Below are positions 24,790 through 32,968 of a DNA stretch of 64,000 bases, in pieces. Source of the DNA: Anaerolineales bacterium (lineage in GTDB: Bacteria; Chloroflexota; Anaerolineae; Anaerolineales; UBA11579); assembly GCA_019454165.1 (NCBI GenBank), contig CP075367.1:1278805-1342804 (forward strand), in the 5' to 3' direction. Below the pieces are notes generated by a model, which ran no database searches, was not told where the DNA came from, and saw nothing but the letters and a program-made list of their open reading frames with translations. A program made the translations under genes and the position numbers. Each line of letters opens with the position of its first letter. The stretch's first letter is position 1.

Positions 24790-25779
24790 GTGATCGTACT
24801 AAGCAATATGGTGACGCCCCGCATCGAGCGTGAAGCGGAGGCCCGTAATTATGGAAAGTTTGCCATTGCCCCGCTGGAGCGCGGTTATGGCCACACGCTC
24901 GGCAACTCGCTGCGCCGTGTGCTGCTCTCCTCGCTGGAGGGCGCGGCCATCACGTCCATCCGGGTGACGGACGCCCAGCATGAGTACAGCCAGATCCCTG
25001 GCATCCGCGAGGATGTCATCCAGATCATGCTGCAGCTCAAGCAGGTGCGCCTGATCCTGCACGAGGGCGAGACCAGCCGCATGCACCTTGAAGTCAAGGG
25101 TGAGGGCACCGTGACCGCCGCCGATATTATTGCCCCGGCCGAAGTGGAAATTGTGAACCCTGACCTGTACCTGTTCACCTCGGACAGCAGCAAGACCAAG
25201 CTGCAGATCGAGCTGACCGTAGAGCGCGGCCGCGGCTACTCCCCGGCCAACGAGCGCAGCGGCAAGCTGCCGATCGGCGAACTGCCGGTGGACGCCATCT
25301 ATACCCCGGTGCGCCGCGTGAACTGGGAAGTGACCCAGGCCCGCGTTGGCCAGAGCACCAACTATGACAAGCTCATCATGGAAGTATGGACCGACGGCAC
25401 GGTGCGCCCTGAGGAAGCCCTCAGCACCTCCGCCGGCATCATGATCGAACACCTGCGCCACATTGCCGGCGTGAAGGAAATTGCCCTCAGCCCTGCGCCG
25501 GAGAAGGTTGTCACTGACAACCGCCTCTCCAGCGAGGTGTATGACACCCCGATCGAGAACCTCGATCTGTCTGTACGGGTCTTCAACTCCCTGAAGCGCG
25601 CCGGCATCACCACCGTGGGCGAGGTGATGGAACTGCTCGACAAGGGCCTGGATGCGGTGATGTCGATCCGCAACTTTGGCGACAAGAGCATGGATGAATT
25701 GGTAGAGAAGATGCAGGAGAAAGGCTACATGCCCCAGGACGCCAAGGCGCCCTCTGCTGCAGATGGAGAAGGTGAATAG
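24790..25779 (+). CDS. rpoA: DNA-directed RNA polymerase subunit alpha
   Basis: YGKFAIAPLERGYGHTLGNSLRRVLLSSLEGAAITSIRV is present, along with the C-terminal domain (LDLSVRVFNSLKRAGITTVGEV). The start is uncertain: GTG 24790 follows GGAAGG, and ATG 24808 has no SD. The track ORF begins at 24751. Confidence 0.95.
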   Translation: MIVLSNMVTPRIEREAEARNYGKFAIAPLERGYGHTLGNSLRRVLLSSLEGAAITSIRVTDAQHEYSQIPGIREDVIQIMLQLKQVRLILHEGETSRMHLEVKGEGTVTAADIIAPAEVEIVNPDLYLFTSDSSKTKLQIELTVERGRGYSPANERSGKLPIGELPVDAIYTPVRRVNWEVTQARVGQSTNYDKLIMEVWTDGTVRPEEALSTSAGIMIEHLRHIAGVKEIALSPAPEKVVTDNRLSSEVYDTPIENLDLSVRVFNSLKRAGITTVGEVMELLDKGLDAVMSIRNFGDKSMDELVEKMQEKGYMPQDAKAPSAADGEGE

Positions 25780-25782
25780 AGC

Positions 25783-26160
25783 ATGCGTCACAAAGTAGCA
25801 GGCAAGAAACTCAGCCGCCATGTCGGCGCCCGCACCGCGCTGCGCCGCATCCTGGTGAAGCAGCTGTTCGAGCACGAGCGCATCACCACCACCCGCGCCA
25901 AGGCTGAGGCCATCCGCGGCCAGGCCGAGCGCCTGATCACGCTGGCCAAGAAGGGCAACGCCGCCGAGCAGGCCTCTGCCAAAGTGCATGCCCGCCGCCT
26001 GGCCGCCTCGCGCCTGAACGACGCCAAGATCGTCAAGAAGCTGTTTGACGACATTGCGCCGCGTTTCGCTGAGCGCAAGGGTGGGTACACCCGCCTGACC
26101 AAGCTCGGCCAGCGTGAGGGCGACCGCGCTCCTATGGTTTTGCTGGAGCTGGTCGACTAA
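25783..26160 (+). CDS. rplQ: 50S ribosomal protein L17
   Basis: 125 aa with MRHKVAGKKLSRHVGARTALRR. Confidence 0.97.
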   Translation: MRHKVAGKKLSRHVGARTALRRILVKQLFEHERITTTRAKAEAIRGQAERLITLAKKGNAAEQASAKVHARRLAASRLNDAKIVKKLFDDIAPRFAERKGGYTRLTKLGQREGDRAPMVLLELVD

Positions 26161-26181
26161 GATCGTGATGTCCGGCATTTT

Positions 26182-26946
26182 GTGCCGACAAGGTTCCACC
26201 GGCCTCTTGAGGTGGACATAGCACGTTACAAAGTTATTCTGGCTTATCACGGCGCCGCATTCAGTGGAATGCAGCGCCAGGCCCGCCGGCGCAGTGTGCA
26301 GGCGGTGCTGGAAGAAGCCCTGCGAGCCCTCGGCTGGGCCGGGCGATCGATATTGATCGCCGGGCGCACGGATGCCGGGGTGCACGCCAGCGGGCAGGTG
26401 GCCGCCTTTGACCTCGAGTGGAAGCACTCCAGCGAGAGTTTGCAAAAGGCGCTGAATGCCCAGCTGCCGCCGGATGTGGCGGTGCAGGCGGTGAGCGTGG
26501 CGGCGGGTGACTTTCACCCGCGGTATGATGCGCGCAAGCGCACCTATCGCTACCGCATCTACTGCCAGCCGCAGCGAGACCCAATTCGGGAGGGGCTCGC
26601 CTGGCGGGTGTGGCCGGCGCCGCAGTTGCGCCGCCTGCAGCAGGCTGCCAAGCAGTTGCGCGGCGAGCATGACTTCATCGCCTTCGGCACGGCGCCGCAA
26701 GCCGGCGGGCGCACCCGCCGCCGCGTGCATGCCGCCCGCTGGCGGGCAGACGGAGACGAGTTTGTCTTCGAGGTGACCGCTAATGCCTTCCTCTATCACA
26801 TGGTCCGCCGCATGGTGGGCCTGCAGATGAAGGTGGGGCAGGGGTTGGCTGAGCCAGATGCAGTCAAGGCCGCGCTGAGCAGCACCCAGCGCGTGCGAGA
26901 ATTGGCGCCGGCCCACGGGCTGGCGTTGGTAAGTGTGGAGTATTAG
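26182..26946 (+). CDS. truA: tRNA pseudouridine(38-40) synthase
   Basis: 254 aa with YKVILAYHGAAFSGMQRQ and GRTDAGVHASGQV (catalytic Asp). An alternative GTG start lies at 26212. Confidence 0.93.
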   Translation: MPTRFHRPLEVDIARYKVILAYHGAAFSGMQRQARRRSVQAVLEEALRALGWAGRSILIAGRTDAGVHASGQVAAFDLEWKHSSESLQKALNAQLPPDVAVQAVSVAAGDFHPRYDARKRTYRYRIYCQPQRDPIREGLAWRVWPAPQLRRLQQAAKQLRGEHDFIAFGTAPQAGGRTRRRVHAARWRADGDEFVFEVTANAFLYHMVRRMVGLQMKVGQGLAEPDAVKAALSSTQRVRELAPAHGLALVSVEY

Positions 26947-27030
26947 CGCAGGCGGAGCACATGCCGCCGGCGATGCAGTGAGCGGTTGCGCAAGCAGCTA
27001 CGAGACTGAAAGAAGGAACTGAGGATTAGG

Positions 27031-27468
27031 ATGCAACAAAAAAGCTATTATCCCAAACCGGGTGATGTTGAAGGGCAGTGGTACCTTGTGGACGCCACCG
27101 GCCAGAATTTGGGCCGCCTGGCTTCGCAAATTGCCACCATCTTGCTGGGCAAGCACCGCCCCGAGTACACCCCGGGCGTAGACCTGGGGGATGCGGTCAT
27201 CGTGCTGAACTGCGGCCAGATCACGGTTACGGGCACCAAGATGACCGACAAGACCTATTACCGCTACAGCGGTTTCCAGAGCGGTCTCAAGGAGACCAGC
27301 CTGCGCCGCATGCTGGAGACCCACCCTGACCGCGTGATCCAGGAAGCGGTGTGGGGCATGCTGCCGCACAACAAGCTGGGTCGCCAGCTGATCAAGAAGC
27401 TGAAGATTTACGCCGGCAGTGAGCACCCGCACACCGCCCAGAAACCGCAGCCGTTGGCTGTGAAGTAA
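27031..27468 (+). CDS. rplM: 50S ribosomal protein L13
   Basis: 145 aa with WYLVDATGQNLGRLASQIATILLGKH. Confidence 0.98.
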   Translation: MQQKSYYPKPGDVEGQWYLVDATGQNLGRLASQIATILLGKHRPEYTPGVDLGDAVIVLNCGQITVTGTKMTDKTYYRYSGFQSGLKETSLRRMLETHPDRVIQEAVWGMLPHNKLGRQLIKKLKIYAGSEHPHTAQKPQPLAVK

Positions 27469-27480
27469 GGTAGGAGAGTT

Positions 27481-27873
27481 ATGGCTGAACAATTTTATGA
27501 AGGCGTAGGCCGCCGCAAGACCAGCAGCGCCCGCGTGCGCGTAATGAGCGGCGCCGGGGCCTTCATGGTCAATGGCAAACCGCTGGAAGAGTACTTCCCC
27601 CGCATTGGTGACGCCGCCCTGATTCAGGGTGTGCTGCAGGACGCCAGCGCCGGCGGCACGGTGGACGTGAGCGTGATCGTGCGCGGCGGTGGCCGCACCG
27701 GCCAGGCTGGCGCCGTACGCATGGGCCTGGCGCGTGCGCTGGTCAAGATGAACCCGGACTACCATCCGGCCATGGCCAAGAACATGCACCTGCGCCGCGA
27801 TGCGCGTGCCAAGGAACGCAAGAAACCCGGCCTCAAGCGCGCCCGCAAGGCTCCCACCTATACGAAGCGCTAA
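27481..27873 (+). CDS. rpsI: 30S ribosomal protein S9
   Basis: 130 aa with GVGRRKTSSARV and C-terminal RKKPGLKRARKAPTYTKR. Confidence 0.98.
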   Translation: MAEQFYEGVGRRKTSSARVRVMSGAGAFMVNGKPLEEYFPRIGDAALIQGVLQDASAGGTVDVSVIVRGGGRTGQAGAVRMGLARALVKMNPDYHPAMAKNMHLRRDARAKERKKPGLKRARKAPTYTKR

Positions 27874-27893
27874 GGCTCTAACGGAGCACAATC

Positions 27894-27925
27894 AAAAAAC
27901 CGCAGCGAAAGCTGCGGTTTTTTTA
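27894..27925 (+). terminator. Rho-independent terminator after rpsI
   Basis: AAAAAACCGCAGC-GAAA-GCTGCGGTTTTTTT is a perfect stem followed by a 7-T tract. Confidence 0.9.
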
Positions 27926-27933
27926 TGCGCCGT

Positions 27934-28027
27934 GCATCCCGAGCGCAGCGAGGGATCCTCATAGGCATGTTCTGAAAATGGCGCGCTGCATGGAAGATAT
28001 GCCAGCAAGGATTCCTCACTGTTCCGG
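27934..28027. repeat. Copy of the dispersed palindromic intergenic repeat (CATCCCGAGCGCAGCGAGGGATCC arm family)
   Basis: The left arm GCATCCCGAGCGCAGCGAGGGATCCTC (27934-27960) faces a degenerate right arm AGGATTCCTCACTGTTCCGG (28008-28027). The arm is related to those at 46319-46419 and 47890-47915. Confidence 0.65.
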
Positions 28028-28046
28028 CTCCGGGGGTCTGGTGTAG

Positions 28047-29168
28047 ATGCTTATACCCGTTCGGAATGACACAGGCGCGAGGGTGTATCATCTCCACATG
28101 ACCAATATCCCATCTCTGCTCGCCAAACAGCCCAATACCGCCACGGAGAATATCAGCCTCATCTACGCCCCCACGCTGGCCGGGCAGTACCATCCCACCT
28201 TTCCGCCGCACATGCCCGCCCTTGTTCACGGCATTGACTCCGCTGAGCTACTGGCCAAAGTACAGAACCTGCTTATGCTTGTCTATCCCGCTTCGCACGC
28301 CATCCACCTGGGCACCGAAGAGATCACATTAGCAGACCTCTTGACCAGGCAACCGAGCGACTATCCTGCCAGCCTCTACATCCCAGCCCTTGGTCCCAAC
28401 ACCTCGCTCGAGGAGTTTCAGGAGCTGATTGCTCACCTGCGCGCTCCGGATGGCTGCCCCTGGGATAGGGAGCAGACCCATCAGAGCCTGCGCCGTAACC
28501 TGATCGAAGAGACCTATGAGGTGGTCGACGCGCTGGATGCCAATGACCCCACGGCCATGCAGGAGGAGTTCGGCGATCTGATGGTGCAGGTGGCCCTGCA
28601 CGCTCAGATCGCCAGCGAGGCCGGCGAGTTCCGCATGGCGGATGTGCTGCATGGCATCATCACCAAGCTGATCGCTCGTCACCCGCACGTCTTCGGCGAC
28701 GTACAGTTGGGCGATGCCGAAGCGGTCATCGCCAACTGGGAGAACCTGAAAGCGGCCGAGCGCAAGCAGCAGGGCACTGAGAAGGGCTTGCTGGACGGCG
28801 TATCGGCGGCGTTGCCGGCCCTCAGCCAGGCTGAGGCCTATACGACCCGTGCGGCCCGGGTGGGCTTTGAGTGGCCGAATATTGAGGGCGTGCTGGGCGA
28901 TGTGGCCGAGGAGATCCAGGAATTCCGCGCCGAGGCGGCCGGTTCGGCTGAGCAGGAGGCCGAGTTCGGCGATATTTTGTTCGCGTTGGTGAACTTATCG
29001 CGCTGGCTCAAGATCGACGCCGAGGCGGCGTTGCGGGCAGCCAACGCACGCTTCCGCAAACGCTTCGCGTTTGTGGAAGCAGGGGCGCGGGCGCAAGGGC
29101 GCCCGCTAAGCGAGCTGAGCCTGGAGGAGATGAACGCGCTGTGGGAGGCGAGCAAGAACAGTAACTAA
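28047..29168 (+). CDS. MazG-family nucleoside triphosphate pyrophosphohydrolase (tandem MazG domains) with a ~130-aa N-terminal region of unclear origin
   Basis: CPWDREQTHQSLRRNLIEETYEVVDALD...EEFGDLMVQV forms MazG domain 1, and EFGDILFALVNLSRWLKID forms domain 2. The start is uncertain (ATG 28047 or ATG 28098). Confidence 0.85.
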   Translation: MLIPVRNDTGARVYHLHMTNIPSLLAKQPNTATENISLIYAPTLAGQYHPTFPPHMPALVHGIDSAELLAKVQNLLMLVYPASHAIHLGTEEITLADLLTRQPSDYPASLYIPALGPNTSLEEFQELIAHLRAPDGCPWDREQTHQSLRRNLIEETYEVVDALDANDPTAMQEEFGDLMVQVALHAQIASEAGEFRMADVLHGIITKLIARHPHVFGDVQLGDAEAVIANWENLKAAERKQQGTEKGLLDGVSAALPALSQAEAYTTRAARVGFEWPNIEGVLGDVAEEIQEFRAEAAGSAEQEAEFGDILFALVNLSRWLKIDAEAALRAANARFRKRFAFVEAGARAQGRPLSELSLEEMNALWEASKNSN

Positions 29169-29659
29169 CTTTCGTCAACGATTGTTACTTGAGTGATCGC
29201 TGATGTGGGTATTGCTTCAGGATACCAAACCTCGAAAACTGGTATGCAAAACTTATGATCAGGATAGTTTGGAGGATTCGCGCTCTCTGGTATTAATTTA
29301 GCAGCAAGAAAATGCTTATCTAGTTTAAGGGTAACAGCGTCTGACTTTAGAAAGAAGTTATCAAACTTCCAATAATCGAAAGGGAGTATTGGTAAGTTCT
29401 CTTCGGTAAAACTGAATAGCGCAATGTATTTGTTTTGATTTGCAAAACTTTGCGGATATCTTGCTTGAATCTTGCCAAAATTAGGTTGGATAAAACCTTC
29501 TTGCGTAATTAACGCATAGCGTTCCTTGGTAGTGCAATGATAGATTCCAGGACCAAGGTATTCTTTTTGAAAGCGGGAGAATTCGCTTTTGCGGAAATTC
29601 TCTTGAGTGAGTTGCAAGTACTCGTTTTCCTCTTGTCGGTTTTGGAAAAAATGTCCCAA
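29165..29659 (-). CDS. Orphan 164-aa protein on a low-GC cassette. It may have an ADP-ribosyltransferase-like (H-Y-E) fold, but the function is unknown.
   Basis: The 165-codon ORF lies in ~33-40% GC DNA, where stop codons should be frequent. The TTG start is 12 nt after the uvrA-like stop, with a weak GAGAG SD. Motifs are GIYHCTTKERYALITQEGFI, KYIALFSF and FEVWYPEAIPTSAITQVTI. There is no internal Met, TM segment or signal peptide. Confidence 0.6.
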   Translation of the reverse strand: MGHFFQNRQEENEYLQLTQENFRKSEFSRFQKEYLGPGIYHCTTKERYALITQEGFIQPNFGKIQARYPQSFANQNKYIALFSFTEENLPILPFDYWKFDNFFLKSDAVTLKLDKHFLAAKLIPESANPPNYPDHKFCIPVFEVWYPEAIPTSAITQVTIVDES

Positions 29660-29671
29660 AGCAGACTCTCA

Positions 29672-31903
29672 CTAAATATACTTACTCGTGATCGAGCCCT
29701 TAGCCTTCTTCAACTCGGCCGGCGTGCCCTCGAACAGCACCTGGCCGCCGCGGCTGCCGCCTTCGGGACCCATGTCAATGATCCAGTCGGCGTTGCGCAC
29801 CACGTCCATGTTGTGCTCGATCACGATCACCGTGTTGCCGCCGTCCACCAGGCGGTTGATGATCTCCAGCAGGTGAGCGGTGTCCGACATGTGCAGGCCG
29901 GTGGTCGGCTCGTCCATCACGTACAGACTGCCTTCCTTGTGCAGCTCGCTGGCCAGCTTGATGCGCTGGCACTCGCCGCCCGATAGCGTGTTGAGCGGCT
30001 GGCCCAGTTTGAGGTAGGTCAGGCCCACATCGCTCATTGCCTGCAGGCGGCGCGTGATCTCGGGCTGGGTGAAGTGCGCCAGCGCCTGCTGCACGGTCAT
30101 CTCCAGCACATCCGCGATCGATTTGCCGTCCAGCTTGTAGGCCAGCACCTCATCCTTGAAGCGCTTGCCGTTGCAGATCTCGCAGGGCGACTTGACCACA
30201 TCGAAGAACGATAGGTCGGTATACACCACGCCCAGGCCCTGGCAGTTCTCGCAGGCGCCTTTGGAGTTGAAGCTGAACAGGCCCGCATTTACCTTGTTGG
30301 CGGTGGCGAACGCCTTGCGGATATCGTCCATGATGCCGGTGTAGGTTGCCGGGTTGGAGCGCGAGTTTGCGCCCACCGCCGACTGGTCGATCACGATGGC
30401 TTCCGGGTAAGCTTCGACGAAGGCCTGGTTGATGAGCGAGCTCTTGCCGGAGCCGGCCACGCCGGTCACCACGGTGAACACGCCGGTGGGGATGTTGACG
30501 CTGACCTTCTTGAGGTTATTGACATTCACATTGCTCAGCTTGAAGTGCTTCTTGGCCGAACGGAACTCTTTCTTGATGGGTAACTTTTGGGTCAAGTGAC
30601 TGCCGGTCAACGTATTGGCCTTCAGCAGGCCGGCATAGCTGCCCTGGTAGACGATCTCGCCGCCCTGGCTGCCCGCCTTCGGCCCCACGTCAATGATGTG
30701 GTCGGCGATCTCGATCACATCCGGGTCGTGCTCGACCACCAGCACCGTGTTGCCCTTGTCGCGCAGCTTTTGCAGCATCTCGTTTAGGCGATGCACATCC
30801 CGCGGGTGCAGGCCGATGCTGGGTTCGTCGAAGACGAACATCACATCCACCAGGCTGCTGCTCAGGTGCTTCACCATCTTGATGCGCTGCGACTCGCCGC
30901 CCGAGAGCGTGTCAGTCTCGCGGCTCAGGGTCAGATATTGCAGGCCAATGTCCACCACGTGCTGCAGGCGCTCGACTAGGCTCTGCAGGATGGGCTTGGC
31001 CACCGGGTCCTTGATGCCCTTGAGCACGGTGATGAGTTCGCCCACTTCCATGGCAGCCATATCGGCAATGTTGTAGCCTTCGATCTTGCAGCCCAGCACG
31101 GCCTTGTTGAGGCGCGCCCCCTTGCATTCGGGGCAGGGGCCTTCTTCCAAATACGGCGCCACTTGTTTCTGCGTGCGCTCGGAGAGCGCCTTCAGGTCAC
31201 GCTTGATGTAGGAGTTGGAGAACTTGAGGATGATGCCTTCGTAGGTGGCCTTGAATGCGCCCATACTGACCTTGCGGCCTGAGCCGTACAGCAGCAGCTC
31301 GAGCTCGTCCTTGGTGTACTTGGAGAGCTTCTTGTCATTGTCGAAGAAGCCACTGGTCTGGTACAGGCCGACCCAGCTGCCGAAACCCGGCACGCGGATC
31401 GGGCCTTCGTTCAGCGACTTGCTCATGTCGAGGATCTTGTTGATCGCCGGCTGCAGCTTGCGGCCGAAGCCGTTGCACTCCGGGCACATGCCGGCCGGGT
31501 CGTTGAACGAGAAGGCGTTGGAGTAGCCCACGAACGGCTTGCCGACGCGGGAGAACAGCAGGCGCAGCGCGGTGTAAATATCGGTGATCGTGCCCATGGT
31601 GGAGTGCGAGCCGCCGCCCAGGCGCTTCTGGTCCACCACGATCGCCATGCTCAAGTTCTCGATCGAGTCCGCATCCGGCTGCGAATAGCGCGGCAGGAAG
31701 TTGCGCACGAACATGCTGAAGGTTTCGTACAGCTGGCGCTGCGCCTCGGTGGCCAGCGTATCGAATACGATGGATGATTTGCCCGAGCCAGAGACCCCGG
31801 TGAAGATGGTGATCTGGTCCTTGGGGATGCGGACGTCAATGTCCTTCAGGTTGTTTTCGCGCGCACCGCGGATCTGAATAAAGTCTTGTCTGGCTTCAGG
31901 CAT
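29672..31903 (-). CDS. UvrA paralog (class II/DrrC-like ABC ATPase lacking the UvrB-binding domain)
   Basis: 743 aa from the ATG at 31903 (AGAGGAA SD); the track ORF extends spuriously to 32005. Two ABC modules are present (GVSGSGKSS/LSGGESQR and GVAGSGKSS/LSGGECQR). Zinc modules are CPECNGFG, CPECKGARL and CENCQGLG...CEICNGKRF. It is about 200 aa shorter than canonical UvrA. Confidence 0.9.
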   Translation of the reverse strand: MPEARQDFIQIRGARENNLKDIDVRIPKDQITIFTGVSGSGKSSIVFDTLATEAQRQLYETFSMFVRNFLPRYSQPDADSIENLSMAIVVDQKRLGGGSHSTMGTITDIYTALRLLFSRVGKPFVGYSNAFSFNDPAGMCPECNGFGRKLQPAINKILDMSKSLNEGPIRVPGFGSWVGLYQTSGFFDNDKKLSKYTKDELELLLYGSGRKVSMGAFKATYEGIILKFSNSYIKRDLKALSERTQKQVAPYLEEGPCPECKGARLNKAVLGCKIEGYNIADMAAMEVGELITVLKGIKDPVAKPILQSLVERLQHVVDIGLQYLTLSRETDTLSGGESQRIKMVKHLSSSLVDVMFVFDEPSIGLHPRDVHRLNEMLQKLRDKGNTVLVVEHDPDVIEIADHIIDVGPKAGSQGGEIVYQGSYAGLLKANTLTGSHLTQKLPIKKEFRSAKKHFKLSNVNVNNLKKVSVNIPTGVFTVVTGVAGSGKSSLINQAFVEAYPEAIVIDQSAVGANSRSNPATYTGIMDDIRKAFATANKVNAGLFSFNSKGACENCQGLGVVYTDLSFFDVVKSPCEICNGKRFKDEVLAYKLDGKSIADVLEMTVQQALAHFTQPEITRRLQAMSDVGLTYLKLGQPLNTLSGGECQRIKLASELHKEGSLYVMDEPTTGLHMSDTAHLLEIINRLVDGGNTVIVIEHNMDVVRNADWIIDMGPEGGSRGGQVLFEGTPAELKKAKGSITSKYI

Positions 31904-31975
31904 GGTTCCTCTTGATTTTGGGTCTGGACAGGGGGAGAAGTTTACCCGCTTTGTTGGGGAGGGCGACCCCGAATC

Positions 31976-32007
31976 CCTTGACAGCCAGCGTGCGCTGGCT
32001 GTCAAGG
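31976..32007 (-). promoter_or_regulatory. Perfect palindrome between the DUF1801 gene and the uvrA paralog (hairpin or operator; each arm contains TTGACA)
   Basis: CCTTGACAGCCAGCG-TG-CGCTGGCTGTCAAGG has 15-nt arms and starts 2 nt after the DUF1801 stop codon. Confidence 0.5.
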
Positions 32008-32009
32008 CG

Positions 32010-32492
32010 CTATTTGCCGGTCTTGGCTGAATTCAGGCGCACGCCGCCTTGCACCAGTGCGGTGAGGGCGGCTTTGTCTACGCTGCCATCTTCGGGGAAG
32101 TCGATGGCGCGTACGGAACTGCTGTCCAGGCGGGCGTTGAACAGCTTCTTGGGGTCTTTCAGTTGCTTGCCCTTGTGGAAGTTGATGCGCACGGAAGTCT
32201 TGAGCACATCCGCATGGCACACGATGCCATTGTGCGACCACACAATCACGCCTTCAGGCTTGGAGGGCATCTTCCATTTGACCTCTTCCAGCAGGGCCGG
32301 GTCGGCCTTGCTGATGATGGCGCGCAGCTCGGTCAGCTTCTTGCCCTTCCAGCCCTCGGCCTTTTTGATGATGGCGTTGATCTCGCTGGCGCTGGCTTTG
32401 ACGCCGGCCGCCGCCCTTTTGGCCGCCGGCTTGCGGGCGGCTGGCTTTTTCGCCGCCGGTTTTCTAGCGGCCGCCTTCTTCTTGGCTGGCAT
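32010..32492 (-). CDS. DUF1801 (YdhG-like) domain protein with a Lys/Ala/Pro-rich histone-H1-like N-terminal tail
   Basis: 160 aa from the ATG at 32492: MPAKKKAAARKPAAKKPAARKPAAKRAAAG, followed by ...LLEEVKWKMPSKPEGVIVWSHNGIVCHADVLKTSVRINFHKGKQL. Track ORF 32010..32576 has a spurious extension. Confidence 0.75.
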   Translation of the reverse strand: MPAKKKAAARKPAAKKPAARKPAAKRAAAGVKASASEINAIIKKAEGWKGKKLTELRAIISKADPALLEEVKWKMPSKPEGVIVWSHNGIVCHADVLKTSVRINFHKGKQLKDPKKLFNARLDSSSVRAIDFPEDGSVDKAALTALVQGGVRLNSAKTGK

Positions 32493-32944
32493 TAGCCTAA
32501 CGCCTTCTTGATCAGCTTGGTGATCTTGGCTTCCTCGGTGGGCGTGATCTTGGTCAGCGCGAAGGCGTTGGCCCACAGGTTGCCGTCATCCAGCTTGGCC
32601 AGGTCGCTGAAGCCCAGGGTGGCATAACGCGTGCCGAATTTCTCGGCCGGCTGGAAGAAGAAAATGTTCTTGCCGTCCCTATTGGCGTAGCCGGGCATGC
32701 CGTACCAGGTCTTGGGCAGGATGTCCGGTGCGATCTCCATGATGATCTCGTGCAGACGTTTGGCCATGGCGCGGTCGCTGGCGGGCAGCTTGTCAATGGC
32801 GGCCAGCAGGTCCTTCTCGCTCTTGGCCTTGTCGTTGCCGTACTTCTCTTGCGCCTTCAGTTCGCGGGCGCGTTCTTTCATCGCGGCCATTTCTTCAGCG
32901 GTGAAGCCGCTGCTGTTCTTGGTGGTTTTCTTTTTAGCGGGCAT
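32492..32944 (-). CDS. DUF1801 (YdhG-like) domain protein
   Basis: 150 aa with AAGGAGG RBS. KTWYGMPGYANRDGKNIFFFQPAEKFGTRYATLGF is typical of the family as I recall it. Confidence 0.75.
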   Translation of the reverse strand: MPAKKKTTKNSSGFTAEEMAAMKERARELKAQEKYGNDKAKSEKDLLAAIDKLPASDRAMAKRLHEIIMEIAPDILPKTWYGMPGYANRDGKNIFFFQPAEKFGTRYATLGFSDLAKLDDGNLWANAFALTKITPTEEAKITKLIKKALG

Positions 32945-32968
32945 TGTGCCTCCTTGTAGAGTAAGTAT

